IMG/VR virus record: IMGVR_UViG_3300047187_000003
Location: 1 to 53,322 of that record
Length of the DNA stretch: 53,322 bases
Strand: one strand, 5' to 3'
Source of the DNA: a virus
Lineage: Duplodnaviria > Caudoviricetes
Shown: positions 19,453-27,854 of the stretch, piece by piece
Layout of the letters: every line of letters begins with the position of its first letter
Numbering within the stretch: position 1 is the stretch's first letter
Program-made: the position numbers and the translations under genes
The notes under the pieces: model-generated
The model's database searches: none
What the model saw: the letters and a program-made list of their open reading frames with translations, nothing else
What the model was told of the DNA's origin: nothing

Positions 19453-19923
19453 ATGGAAAGTGCTTTATCAACAATCAGTATATTACCATCCACAAAGGAA
19501 CAGGTAAAAGTCTTTAGCAGACAGCTTAAAGATGAGATTCTGGCAAATGACAGGGATCCTCTTAAAATCCTTGTTCAACTCAAAATGATTGAAAAGATCA
19601 TCGAAGACATTTTGAAAGATGAAGAGATTGATTTACATTTTCTTAATGAGTTCCTTCTTTATGGGAAGGAGAAAGTATTGGAGGTTAACGGTGCTAAACT
19701 TCAGCAAACAGAAGTAGGAACGAGATACCAATATGAAGACTCTGGAGATCTTAAATGGAATGATCTCAATAAACAATTAATTGAGATAACTGAGAAGAAA
19801 AAAGAGCGTGAAAAATTCCTTCAAAACATCCCTTACGAGAGTCAATTCGTAGATCCTGACAATGGATTATTTATTACTCGTCCACCCAAAACATCAAAAA
19901 CTAAAATAAAGGTAACATTGTGA
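19453..19923 (+). CDS. Hypothetical phage protein (recombination module)
   Basis: Tiled ORF. Confidence 0.65.
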   Translation: MESALSTISILPSTKEQVKVFSRQLKDEILANDRDPLKILVQLKMIEKIIEDILKDEEIDLHFLNEFLLYGKEKVLEVNGAKLQQTEVGTRYQYEDSGDLKWNDLNKQLIEITEKKKEREKFLQNIPYESQFVDPDNGLFITRPPKTSKTKIKVTL

Positions 19924-20405
19924 AGGAAATTCAACTAACACAAGGAAAGATAGCAATAATTGACGATAATGATTATTCATTAATTAGTCAATATAAATGG
20001 CGTTACAGTAAAACCGGTTGCGGAATTACCAGTTTTAGAGTAAATAAAATAAAAAGAACGGTAAAGATGCATAGGTTAATTTTGAAATTAACAGATCCTA
20101 AAATTCAAGTAGATCACATCAATCATAATAAACTTGATAATCGTAGGACTAATCTAAGAATCTGTACTGCCAAAGAGAATAGCAGAAATAGAAGACCATA
20201 CGGCAAGTCTAAGTATTTGGGTGTTTGTTTTAGTCATGATGCAAGAAAGAAAAATCCTTATACTTATATAATTGCCAGAATCCTTGTCAATAATAAAAGA
20301 ATTTTTCTGGGTTCATTTAAAACCGAAGAGGCTGCCGCACTTGCTTATGATGAGGCTGCTAAAATTCATTTTGGAGAATTTGCTAATCTAAATTTTTGTC
20401 TATGA
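19920..20405 (+). CDS. HNH endonuclease with C-terminal AP2 domain
   Basis: MHRLI...VDHINHNKLDNRRTNLR; SKYLGV...LGSFKTEEAAALAYDEAA..HFGEFA. Confidence 0.92.
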   Translation: MKEIQLTQGKIAIIDDNDYSLISQYKWRYSKTGCGITSFRVNKIKRTVKMHRLILKLTDPKIQVDHINHNKLDNRRTNLRICTAKENSRNRRPYGKSKYLGVCFSHDARKKNPYTYIIARILVNNKRIFLGSFKTEEAAALAYDEAAKIHFGEFANLNFCL

Positions 20406-20764
20406 AAGACGAAGTAAAAAAGATTCAGGACTTTCTTGATGTAACAGTTTCAAGTGATCCGGCAGAATTGGTTGATCGGATTGCAACCCTGATGACTTAT
20501 ATGTCACGTTCCGGGGAGATGTTGGCACAGTCTAAAAAGATTCTCAGGTCGAAGAAAGCTTCTGAGATAAGTAAAACTATTCTGGCTATTGCCAAAGAAC
20601 AATTCTTATCAGCTACGGTACAGAATGCTTTACTTGATTCTATTTGTGAAGAAGAAGCCTTTATGGTTGACTGGATTGAAAGGATTAACCGGACTTGCAC
20701 GCATCAGATAGATGGTTTGCGGAGCTTATTGAGTTATGAAAAAGAACAGATGCGGATACATTAA
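20402..20764 (+). CDS. Hypothetical helical phage protein
   Basis: ATGA-coupled ORF. Confidence 0.65.
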   Translation: MKDEVKKIQDFLDVTVSSDPAELVDRIATLMTYMSRSGEMLAQSKKILRSKKASEISKTILAIAKEQFLSATVQNALLDSICEEEAFMVDWIERINRTCTHQIDGLRSLLSYEKEQMRIH

Positions 20765-20768
20765 ATTT

Positions 20769-21140
20769 ATGAGCGAAAAAACTTTACATCGGTCTATCTG
20801 TGAATACATCCGGTATCAATATCCGGGAGTAATTTTCAATTCTGATCTTTCTGGAGCTACAAGATTAACAATAGGTCAGGCAGTAGCATTGAAATCATTG
20901 AGGTCAGAGAGGGGATTCCCTGATCTTGTTATCTATGAAGCAAGAGGAGGGTTTCATGGATTATTCATTGAATTGAAAAAAGAAGGAGAAGTGATCTTTA
21001 ATAAGAAAGGATGCCCGACTACACCTCATATTACAGAGCAATTCTTACTGATAGGAAGATTGAAACTTAAAGGCTATAAGGCTGAATTTGCTGTCGGCTT
21101 CGATGAGGCAAAGAAGATCATTGATAATTATTTAATATAA
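20769..21140 (+). CDS. VRR-NUC family nuclease (putative Holliday junction resolvase)
   Basis: E..LH...GFPDL...GLFIELK...Q...L...GY motif. Confidence 0.85.
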   Translation: MSEKTLHRSICEYIRYQYPGVIFNSDLSGATRLTIGQAVALKSLRSERGFPDLVIYEARGGFHGLFIELKKEGEVIFNKKGCPTTPHITEQFLLIGRLKLKGYKAEFAVGFDEAKKIIDNYLI

Positions 21141-21148
21141 CATTCATT

Positions 21149-21289
21149 ATGAGCTATCTGACCGATCCTGATTTCGATAAGAAGATGACTGAATTGTTTA
21201 AATGTCTGACAGAGCAGCAGCAGAAACTTGAGGCCCTGGTTGACGAAGGCCCGGAGGAGCATAGCCCGGAGATGTATTTTGATTGTTAA
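21149..21289 (+). CDS. Small acidic protein (46 aa), not in ORF track
   Basis: MSYLTDPDFDKK...DEGPEEHSPEMYFDC. Confidence 0.5.
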   Translation: MSYLTDPDFDKKMTELFKCLTEQQQKLEALVDEGPEEHSPEMYFDC

Positions 21290-21308
21290 TAACTATCAAT
21301 GAGAAATA

Positions 21309-21337
21309 TTTGCGTATTAAAAAAATGTGTATATTTG
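21309..21337 (+). promoter_or_regulatory. Bacteroidota sigmaA promoter
   Basis: TTTG (21309-21312), 17-nt spacer, TATATTTG (21330-21337). Confidence 0.65.
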
Positions 21338-21352
21338 CAGTACCGAATCAAA

Positions 21353-21468
21353 AGACGCTACAATGAAAATTGATACTTTTTATTACAGGATACAGCCGGT
21401 CACGGCTTCAACATCCATGAGGTTTCAGAGTAGCGTCTGCCTTGTGGATTTGTTGTTTGTGACCGGCT
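21353..21468 (+). ncRNA. Structured leader RNA, c4-antisense-like architecture
   Basis: Stems 21394-21403/21459-21468 (10 bp perfect) and 21413-21422/21440-21449 (2 G-U); loop 21430-21438 complementary to 21353-21361. Confidence 0.55.
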
Positions 21469-21481
21469 TTAATTTATTGAT

Positions 21482-22453
21482 ATGGATGAACTTATAAAAT
21501 TAAATAAAGCCAGACAGGCTTTAATGGAAGCTAAAACACTTACTGAAATTCAAGAGATAAGAGATATTGCAAAAGCCGTAAAAGCTTATGCAATAGCAAA
21601 AGGAATGGGTATCGAGATGAAAAATGAAGCTTCTGAAATTGAGATCCGGGCTATTAGAGAAATGGGGAAACTCATTGAAAAGGGACAGGAACGGGGAGAG
21701 ATAGCAACACAGGATAAGGGCGGGGCAAATATACCGAACGGTGTACCTGAGCAGAACACCGTTAAAACTCTCCCTTCTATAGGAGTTACCCGGAAAGAAA
21801 GCAGTACATCTAAAAATTTTGCTTCAATAACAGATGAGGTATTTGAGGGAAAACTCAATGAATTTATATTAGATAAAAAACCACTTACAAAAACAGCCTT
21901 ATTACGTGATATAGCAAAAGATAAAACTGCACCGGAAAAAGAAATGCCAGAAGGAATTTACCGGATAATTTATGCTGATCCTCCTTGGAAATATTCAGAT
22001 ATTAAATCGCATCGTGTTGAAGGTTCAGCAGAAAATCATTATCCAGTAATGTCTATAAATGAATTATGTAATATGGAAATTCCTAATACTGAAAAAGATG
22101 CAATTCTCTTTTTATGGACTACTTCTCCGATGCTTGAAGATTCTTTTAAAGTAATAAATTCATGGGGATTTAAATATAAAACATCTTTTGTTTGGGATAA
22201 AATAAAACATAATATGGGACACTATAATTCTGTAAGACATGAATTTTTATTAATAGCAACAAAAGGAAGTTGTTTACCTGATAATAAAGAACTTTTTGAC
22301 AGCGTACAATCTATTGAAAGATCTAATAAACATTCAGAAAAACCAGAAGAATTTAGAAATATAATTGATAAACTTTATATAAATGGTAAACGAATTGAAT
22401 TATTTGCACGTAGAGAATATAAAGGATGGAATAAATGGGGAAATGAAATATGA
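21482..22453 (+). CDS. MT-A70 family N6-adenine methyltransferase
   Basis: IIYADPPW, LFLWTT, WGFKYKT.FVWDK, HEFLLI, HSEKP, IELFAR...GW..WGNE. Confidence 0.93.
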   Translation: MDELIKLNKARQALMEAKTLTEIQEIRDIAKAVKAYAIAKGMGIEMKNEASEIEIRAIREMGKLIEKGQERGEIATQDKGGANIPNGVPEQNTVKTLPSIGVTRKESSTSKNFASITDEVFEGKLNEFILDKKPLTKTALLRDIAKDKTAPEKEMPEGIYRIIYADPPWKYSDIKSHRVEGSAENHYPVMSINELCNMEIPNTEKDAILFLWTTSPMLEDSFKVINSWGFKYKTSFVWDKIKHNMGHYNSVRHEFLLIATKGSCLPDNKELFDSVQSIERSNKHSEKPEEFRNIIDKLYINGKRIELFARREYKGWNKWGNEI

Positions 22454-22884
22454 CAGAATATTATGATAATCAAAGAAAAGAAGGACAGGAATTTCAGGAT
22501 TTTTGCTCTATTCATTTCGCAAAAAGAGGCATACCAATAACAAATTTTTCGAGTAGAAAATATCAATTTGAAAAGGGAGAAAATTTACAGGGATATGAAT
22601 TTAAATTTGATAAACAATTTCGTAAAACAGGGAATTTATGGATTGAACTTGCTGAAAAAACAAAATCAGAAAATCTTAATTATATAAACTCAGGCATTTT
22701 AAGAAACGATAATACAATGTTTTATATAATGGGAGATTATGAAGGAGTTTATTTAATGCAAAAGAAAATATTAATTATTATTTCAAAAAGTTATAAGATC
22801 ATTGAGAATAATATGAAAACATCAAAAGGTTTTTTATTTCCTATTGAAAAGGCAAGAGAATATTTTGATTATATTAAGTTTTAA
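22450..22884 (+). CDS. PD-(D/E)XK-like nuclease candidate
   Basis: YEFKFD....TGNLWIE motif; coupled to the methyltransferase. Confidence 0.5.
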   Translation: MTEYYDNQRKEGQEFQDFCSIHFAKRGIPITNFSSRKYQFEKGENLQGYEFKFDKQFRKTGNLWIELAEKTKSENLNYINSGILRNDNTMFYIMGDYEGVYLMQKKILIIISKSYKIIENNMKTSKGFLFPIEKAREYFDYIKF

Positions 22885-22886
22885 TT

Positions 22887-23549
22887 ATGAAGGATCCAGC
22901 TGTGCTTTTTTACACTCAAGACTTTCTTACTGGAACGCTTTTAATGAATTATGAACAGAAAGGTAAATATATAACTTTACTTTGCATACAACAGCAAAAC
23001 GGAAAGTTATCGGAGAAGGATTTAATGAAAGTTTGCGGCGAAAAAGACGAAGATATTTGGGCAAAATTCCAGATTGGCGAAGATGGCTTTTATTACAATG
23101 GTAGGATGCTTATAGAGACTTCTAAAAGAAAGAAATTTACTGAAAGTAGGTTAAGGAATTTATCCCATATGGACTCCCATATGGAAATATGCAATAAGAA
23201 AGATGAAATAAGTAATAAGAAAGAAGAAGAATTTAAAGGTGAAGTTTTTGCATTTTCTGAAAAATATCCTTTAACGATGCTTCAGGCTTTTTTAAATTAC
23301 TGGATCGAAAAGAGTAAAGCAGGTAAAATGCGTTATGAGGGAGAGAAATATTTTGATATGTCTCGCAGACTTTCGACATGGGCAAAGAATGACAAGGAAT
23401 TTAACAAGATAGAGAAAACGCAAGAGCTAATAACTTACAGACAGTTATGTGACAAAGTAAGTAACGGAGAGACTGATGCTTTTGATTTATACGAGAGAAT
23501 GATGGTTAACGGAAAAGCAATGTATAAACGTAAAATAATAAAGCAATGA
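22887..23549 (+). CDS. Putative replication initiator (DUF1376/YdaU-like)
   Basis: DPAVLFY..DFL.GT..M..EQKG.YI.LLC N-terminus; F.NYW...RL.TW C-terminus. Confidence 0.65.
   Translation: MKDPAVLFYTQDFLTGTLLMNYEQKGKYITLLCIQQQNGKLSEKDLMKVCGEKDEDIWAKFQIGEDGFYYNGRMLIETSKRKKFTESRLRNLSHMDSHMEICNKKDEISNKKEEEFKGEVFAFSEKYPLTMLQAFLNYWIEKSKAGKMRYEGEKYFDMSRRLSTWAKNDKEFNKIEKTQELITYRQLCDKVSNGETDAFDLYERMMVNGKAMYKRKIIKQ
23163..23185. repeat. Two copies of TCCCATATGGA (palindromic core), candidate iterons
   Basis: 23163-23173 and 23175-23185 inside the initiator gene. Confidence 0.6.
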
Positions 23550-23782
23550 AACCAAAAGGTAAGATTTCAGTTGAAGAAGCAGTAAAGAGGATTTATCCCG
23601 GACTACCGCAGAGGTTCTCAATGATCTCACTTCATGCTATGGTGGCGAGGGAAATAAACCGGCCGTATGTCTTTATGGATACTGTTCGTCGTAAATTGAT
23701 GGTCCTCCGTGAAGAAGGGGTAATCAGTTTCAAGAATATTGACAAGGCCCGGAGTATTTACCATAAAACAGATGCATTATGA
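23546..23782 (+). CDS. Small winged-helix-like DNA-binding protein
   Basis: Basic 78 aa; DTVRRKLMVLREEG. Confidence 0.5.
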   Translation: MKPKGKISVEEAVKRIYPGLPQRFSMISLHAMVAREINRPYVFMDTVRRKLMVLREEGVISFKNIDKARSIYHKTDAL

Positions 23783-24126
23783 GAGCAAATCTGGAACCAT
23801 CAGTAATAAAGAATATTGTCGCCAGCAATATGAATGTCAGTGTTGAAGACATGGAGTCGCCTGTTCGAAGGAAAGAGTTTATAAAAGCTAAATATATAGC
23901 TATGTTTTGTTTACGGCGATATACAGACTTTTCGCTTGCCCGGATAGGTATGGAGTTTAATGGCAAAGATCATGCTACTGTTCTTTTTGCTGTGAATAAC
24001 GTATTGAATTATTCTAAAATTTATAAGTCTTACAGGACGGATCTTAATAGGATACTTTCTATTCTTGATAATAAAGCAGATTACGAATTTGAAATGTATA
24101 AGAATTACGATACTGAAAAATCATAA
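23779..24126 (+). CDS. Stand-alone DnaA C-terminal (domain IV) HTH protein
   Basis: R...AKYIAMF..R.YTDFSLARIGMEFNGKDHATVLFA. Confidence 0.85.
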   Translation: MRANLEPSVIKNIVASNMNVSVEDMESPVRRKEFIKAKYIAMFCLRRYTDFSLARIGMEFNGKDHATVLFAVNNVLNYSKIYKSYRTDLNRILSILDNKADYEFEMYKNYDTEKS

Positions 24127-24130
24127 TGAC

Positions 24131-24346
24131 ATGACAAAAAAAGACAAAAAAGTAGAAAAGATTCAGAAATATATAATCGAAGTTATTATATATGAAGATG
24201 GTAGTACGAGAATGAATAGAACTTGTGATGGGTTTAATGCACTTGAATTACTTGGTGTTCTTGAATTCACACAGATTGAAATTATGGAGCAAATTAAGGG
24301 TCGGATAAAACCTGATTTAGTTAAACGAACAGTATTAACAGATTAA
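24131..24346 (+). CDS. Hypothetical protein
   Basis: Start reassigned to ATG 24131; GFNALELLGVLE. Confidence 0.65.
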   Translation: MTKKDKKVEKIQKYIIEVIIYEDGSTRMNRTCDGFNALELLGVLEFTQIEIMEQIKGRIKPDLVKRTVLTD

Positions 24347-24356
24347 TTATAATGAC

Positions 24357-24491
24357 ATGACAAAACGTGAATTTAAACAGATGGTAAATGATGACTACGG
24401 AGATTCCAGAGGATTGGCAATAACTCTTATTATCTCATTTATCCTTGGTATTGCAGGAATTATTTGGATACTTAGACTTATACTGACATGA
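24357..24491 (+). CDS. Small membrane protein (44 aa), not in ORF track
   Basis: MTKREFKQ...AITLIISFILGIAGIIWILRLILT; ATGA overlap with 24488. Confidence 0.6.
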   Translation: MTKREFKQMVNDDYGDSRGLAITLIISFILGIAGIIWILRLILT

Positions 24492-25201
24492 AAAAAGAAA
24501 AAATTACCAAAGGCGTTAAAGGTTTTGATAAAAATCTTAAATGCAGAGACTTTCAGTTTAAGGAAGGTGAAACTTATGAAATAGAAGGCGAACCTATCAG
24601 ATGCAAGAAGGGTTTCCATTTCTGCGAGAATCCTTTGGATGTCTTTGATTATTATCCTCCCGCTGATAGCAAATATACTGAAGTAGAGGGAATAGGGATA
24701 ACAAGTAAAGATAATAGTGATTCTAAGGTTGCTGTCTCAAAAATAAAGATAGGGGTTGAAATAGGATTACATGAATTAATTGAGAGAGAGATAAAATTCA
24801 TTTTTGAAAGGACGAAATTAACTAAAGAATCTACTAATAACAAAGAAAAATTACAAGCCTCTAATTCAGGGATCAGGGGAGCAGCCTCTAATTCAGGGAT
24901 CAGTGGAGCAGCCTCTAATTCAGGGTACAGGGGAGCAGCCTCTAATTCAGGGTACAGGGGAGCAGCGTTTACAATAGGTTCTTATTCATCGGCTGAAACA
25001 AAAAAAGAAAATTCATTTGCAGTTGCGCTTGGTTATCAAAATAAAGCAAGTGGGTTTTTGGGTTCTTGGTTAGTCCTTGCTGAGTGGGACGAAGATGGCA
25101 AAGTGGTTAAAAATGTCGAGACAGTAAAGGTTGACGGTAAGAATATCAAAGCAGACACTTGGTATAAACTCGAAAACAAGAAATTTATTGAAGTGAAATG
25201 A
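24488..25201 (+). CDS. DUF7666-like phage protein with Gly/Ser/Ala repeats
   Basis: KGFDKNLKCRDFQF..G..Y...C.KGFHFCENPLDVFDYY; VDGKNIKADTWYKL. Confidence 0.8.
   Translation: MKKEKITKGVKGFDKNLKCRDFQFKEGETYEIEGEPIRCKKGFHFCENPLDVFDYYPPADSKYTEVEGIGITSKDNSDSKVAVSKIKIGVEIGLHELIEREIKFIFERTKLTKESTNNKEKLQASNSGIRGAASNSGISGAASNSGYRGAASNSGYRGAAFTIGSYSSAETKKENSFAVALGYQNKASGFLGSWLVLAEWDEDGKVVKNVETVKVDGKNIKADTWYKLENKKFIEVK
24857..24964 (+). repeat. Four tandem 27-bp coding repeats (ASNSG[IY][RS]GA)
   Basis: Unit GCCTCTAATTCAGGG(AT/TA)CAG(G/T)GGAGCA x4. Confidence 0.95.
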
Positions 25202-25596
25202 AAAAACTAATCTTCGTAATTCTTTTGATAATCCCTTTCCAGTTATCAGCACCACCTAATAGATGCTTGGTGATTGCGAAAGAGGAAGGTATTAATCCTT
25301 ACTTAAAAATATGGGAAGCTGTAAAAGTTATCGAATCAGGTAACAATAATTATGCTATCAATTTTAAAGAAGGAGCTTACGGAGCCGGACAAATCAGGAA
25401 AATTAAACTCGACTGGTATTTTCAGCGTACAGGTATCAAGCATGAGCTTAGAGACTGTTTCGATGCAGAGGTGAGTAAATCTATCTTTATGTACCATATG
25501 ATGCAATACGATGACGAAAACAAGGCAATTATGCGGTGGAACGGGAAGGGAATTAAGGCAGAAAAATATTTGAAACGAGTAAAAGCTCAATTATGA
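25198..25596 (+). CDS. Secreted lysozyme/lytic transglycosylase-like protein
   Basis: Signal peptide; AVKVIESG...GAYGAGQI; WNG. Confidence 0.7.
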   Translation: MKKLIFVILLIIPFQLSAPPNRCLVIAKEEGINPYLKIWEAVKVIESGNNNYAINFKEGAYGAGQIRKIKLDWYFQRTGIKHELRDCFDAEVSKSIFMYHMMQYDDENKAIMRWNGKGIKAEKYLKRVKAQL

Positions 25597-25694
25597 AAAC
25601 ATTAACTGGCTGGTTAATCTTTATTCTCTTACTGCCGTATCTGGTAGTTATGTTTGGTTATTCACTGTGGCTTGTTAATAGTAAACATTTTTAA
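25593..25694 (+). CDS. Small membrane peptide (33 aa), not in ORF track
   Basis: MKTLTGWLIFILLLPYLVVMFGYSLWLVNSKHF; ATGA-coupled. Confidence 0.45.
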   Translation: MKTLTGWLIFILLLPYLVVMFGYSLWLVNSKHF

Positions 25695-25722
25695 ATATTG
25701 AGTAATCACCAAAACAAACAGG

Positions 25723-26010
25723 ATGAAAACAATATTAAACAGATTAAAGCCTTATATAAACACAGACTATAATAAAGATGGTAATATTTATCAGTCTGTT
25801 CCACTTACAAGGGCAATAGAACAAGCAGAAATCTACGCATCCGAGCGAGAGGCTAAGTTTAAGGAGCTTTACGGAGAATATGAAAAACTTGCAAAAGAAT
25901 TAAGACATATTGCCTTTGCTAAGGATTATGACATTGACGTTAGCGGGTATGATGCACAAAAAACACAAGGCAGAATAAATGGACTTAAGTATGAGTTAAA
26001 CTTAAAATAA
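25723..26010 (+). CDS. Hypothetical protein
   Basis: Tiled ORF. Confidence 0.65.
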   Translation: MKTILNRLKPYINTDYNKDGNIYQSVPLTRAIEQAEIYASEREAKFKELYGEYEKLAKELRHIAFAKDYDIDVSGYDAQKTQGRINGLKYELNLK

Positions 26011-26015
26011 GAGAT

Positions 26016-26204
26016 ATGTATTTATTACTTTGTTTTTTAGGATTTGTTGTATTTCAGTTTCTTGCCATATATAATGGGGAAACAGGGAAATTAGGATTTG
26101 CAATAGGATATGCAATATTGTCTATCGGATTTTTAATATCATCATGGGGGCAGATGATTATGAAATTGATTGAAAAAAATAAGCCTCCAAAGAGCCTAAC
26201 TTAA
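26016..26204 (+). CDS. Small 2-TM membrane protein
   Basis: Two hydrophobic segments; flanked by 20-bp direct repeats. Confidence 0.6.
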   Translation: MYLLLCFLGFVVFQFLAIYNGETGKLGFAIGYAILSIGFLISSWGQMIMKLIEKNKPPKSLT

Positions 26205-26214
26205 AATAAGAGAT

Positions 26215-26454
26215 ATGGAAGCACGAATATTGGAAATAATAAACAAGTATGAGCAAATGGCATTTTCAAGACCTTCTGAATGTGCCACCGAGATAGCCTC
26301 AATGGTGCGGGAGTTTGTGGAGTGGAAAGATGGTGAAACTACCGGGCCTTATGTTATAGAAGGAAAATCTGGTTATTGTTATGAATACGAGGAAGAATAT
26401 TTCACCTTCGATGAACTATTCGATTATTGGGACTTAAACGTAAAAGGGAAATGA
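26215..26454 (+). CDS. Hypothetical protein
   Basis: Tiled ORF. Confidence 0.65.
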   Translation: MEARILEIINKYEQMAFSRPSECATEIASMVREFVEWKDGETTGPYVIEGKSGYCYEYEEEYFTFDELFDYWDLNVKGK

Positions 26455-26660
26455 GTATGAGTAAAGTATGTTATCCACATGAATTAAGTTATGCATTATA
26501 TGGCAGAGATGACCAAACCGTACAATTAAAATGCCTCAAATGTGGTAAAATTATATCAGTTGATAGTAGAGATTATGATGAAGAAATGCAGAGAGAGGCA
26601 GCGGATGAATTTAATTATGATATACATGGTTTTGATTTAGACGATGAAGATGATATATAA
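26451..26660 (+). CDS. Small zinc-ribbon protein with acidic tail
   Basis: C.H...CLKCG; ATGA-coupled start. Confidence 0.6.
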   Translation: MSMSKVCYPHELSYALYGRDDQTVQLKCLKCGKIISVDSRDYDEEMQREAADEFNYDIHGFDLDDEDDI

Positions 26661-26687
26661 TTTGATTTAACATTAAAAGCAAGTGAT

Positions 26688-27551
26688 ATGGAAAGATTTG
26701 AGAAGGTGTACATAAAGAGTAAAGCAGATTGGCCTGAAAAAGGAACTTATTTTTGTTGCAGAAGTGGTTTTATGACTATTCAGGAACTCGACAATAATCT
26801 TTCTGAAAAAAGTTATATGAGAGAAATTGACTGGTATCTTCGTCCTATTGCCGTATTAGAAGTCAAGGAAGTGACGGATGAGTTACAAATATTAATGGAT
26901 GATATATCTGAATGGAGTGATAAACAGTTTGGAGAATATCAGAGAAATCCTGCGATAGCATATCATCTCCTAAAAGAAACTCGTGAACTTATTGAAGCAT
27001 TCGAACGAGGAGTTGTAACTCAAGAAGAAACCGATAAACTTAAAATGGAATTTGCAGATTGTTTTATGCTTATTCTTGATAGTGCTACTCACGCTTTCTT
27101 AACTGCTGATGATTTATTAAATGCTGCAAGTGAAAAACTTGAAATTAATAAGAAACGAGAATGGGGCAAACCTGATATAAATGGAGTAGTTGAACATATC
27201 TCCGCCCAGAGCCTTACAGGCGAACAGATAGAGAAGCCAAAGATAATTTGTATTTGTGGATCGGGACGTTTTTTAAAGGAAATGCATGAAGTTGAGGAAC
27301 GACTAACATTGGAAAGGAAAATTGTTTTAATGATAGGAGTTAATACAAAAGACGTTGCCCGAACTGAGAACCTTGAGCAATATAAGCCAATGCTTGATGA
27401 ATTACATCTACGGAAAATTGATTTGGCGGATGAAATATTTATTATTAACAAAGATGGTTATATTGGTGAATCTACAAGGAATGAAATAGACTATGCTATT
27501 AAAACCGGAAAACCTGTCAATTATTTAGAGCCATGCAGTCAGGTCAGATAG
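26688..27551 (+). CDS. MazG-like dNTP pyrophosphohydrolase (DUF550-like) fused to nucleoside deoxyribosyltransferase-like domain
   Basis: EWSDKQFG...HLLKE..E...EFADC...KLEINKKREW; ICGS.RF...HLRKIDLADEIFIIN.DGYIGEST.NEI.YA. Confidence 0.75.
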   Translation: MERFEKVYIKSKADWPEKGTYFCCRSGFMTIQELDNNLSEKSYMREIDWYLRPIAVLEVKEVTDELQILMDDISEWSDKQFGEYQRNPAIAYHLLKETRELIEAFERGVVTQEETDKLKMEFADCFMLILDSATHAFLTADDLLNAASEKLEINKKREWGKPDINGVVEHISAQSLTGEQIEKPKIICICGSGRFLKEMHEVEERLTLERKIVLMIGVNTKDVARTENLEQYKPMLDELHLRKIDLADEIFIINKDGYIGESTRNEIDYAIKTGKPVNYLEPCSQVR

Positions 27552-27585
27552 CAGAGTGGGTAAAGCAAAACAAGAAGAGTAGTTA

Positions 27586-27789
27586 ATGATCGAGCAATAT
27601 AACATAGGCGACTTTGGCGAGTTTAAATTCATTGAGATTCGTAAGAAAAAAAAGAAGTGGTTTAAACTTTTCGCTGAAGTAACAAGCATTGAGAGTAGGA
27701 TAGTAGAGCTGACAGACAATGACGGCTTTCTTTATTTGCCCTACAAGAAAGATATTGAGTCTTTTCACAAAGCAAAGAAACCTTGTTAA
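27586..27789 (+). CDS. Hypothetical protein
   Basis: Last ORF of early block. Confidence 0.6.
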   Translation: MIEQYNIGDFGEFKFIEIRKKKKKWFKLFAEVTSIESRIVELTDNDGFLYLPYKKDIESFHKAKKPC

Positions 27790-27808
27790 AATCTTTTTTA
27801 TATTTTTA

Positions 27809-27839
27809 TTTGTTTATTTGAATTAAATTAATAATTTTG
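27809..27839 (+). promoter_or_regulatory. Bacteroidota sigmaA promoter of the sugar cluster
   Basis: TTTG (27809-27812), 19-nt spacer, TAATTTTG (27832-27839). Confidence 0.65.
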
Positions 27840-27854
27840 TTTGTTAGGTTAGCG

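Noticed and set aside
24857-24964. CRISPR-like array
   Set aside because: 27-bp units are contiguous, have no spacers and are in-frame coding repeats
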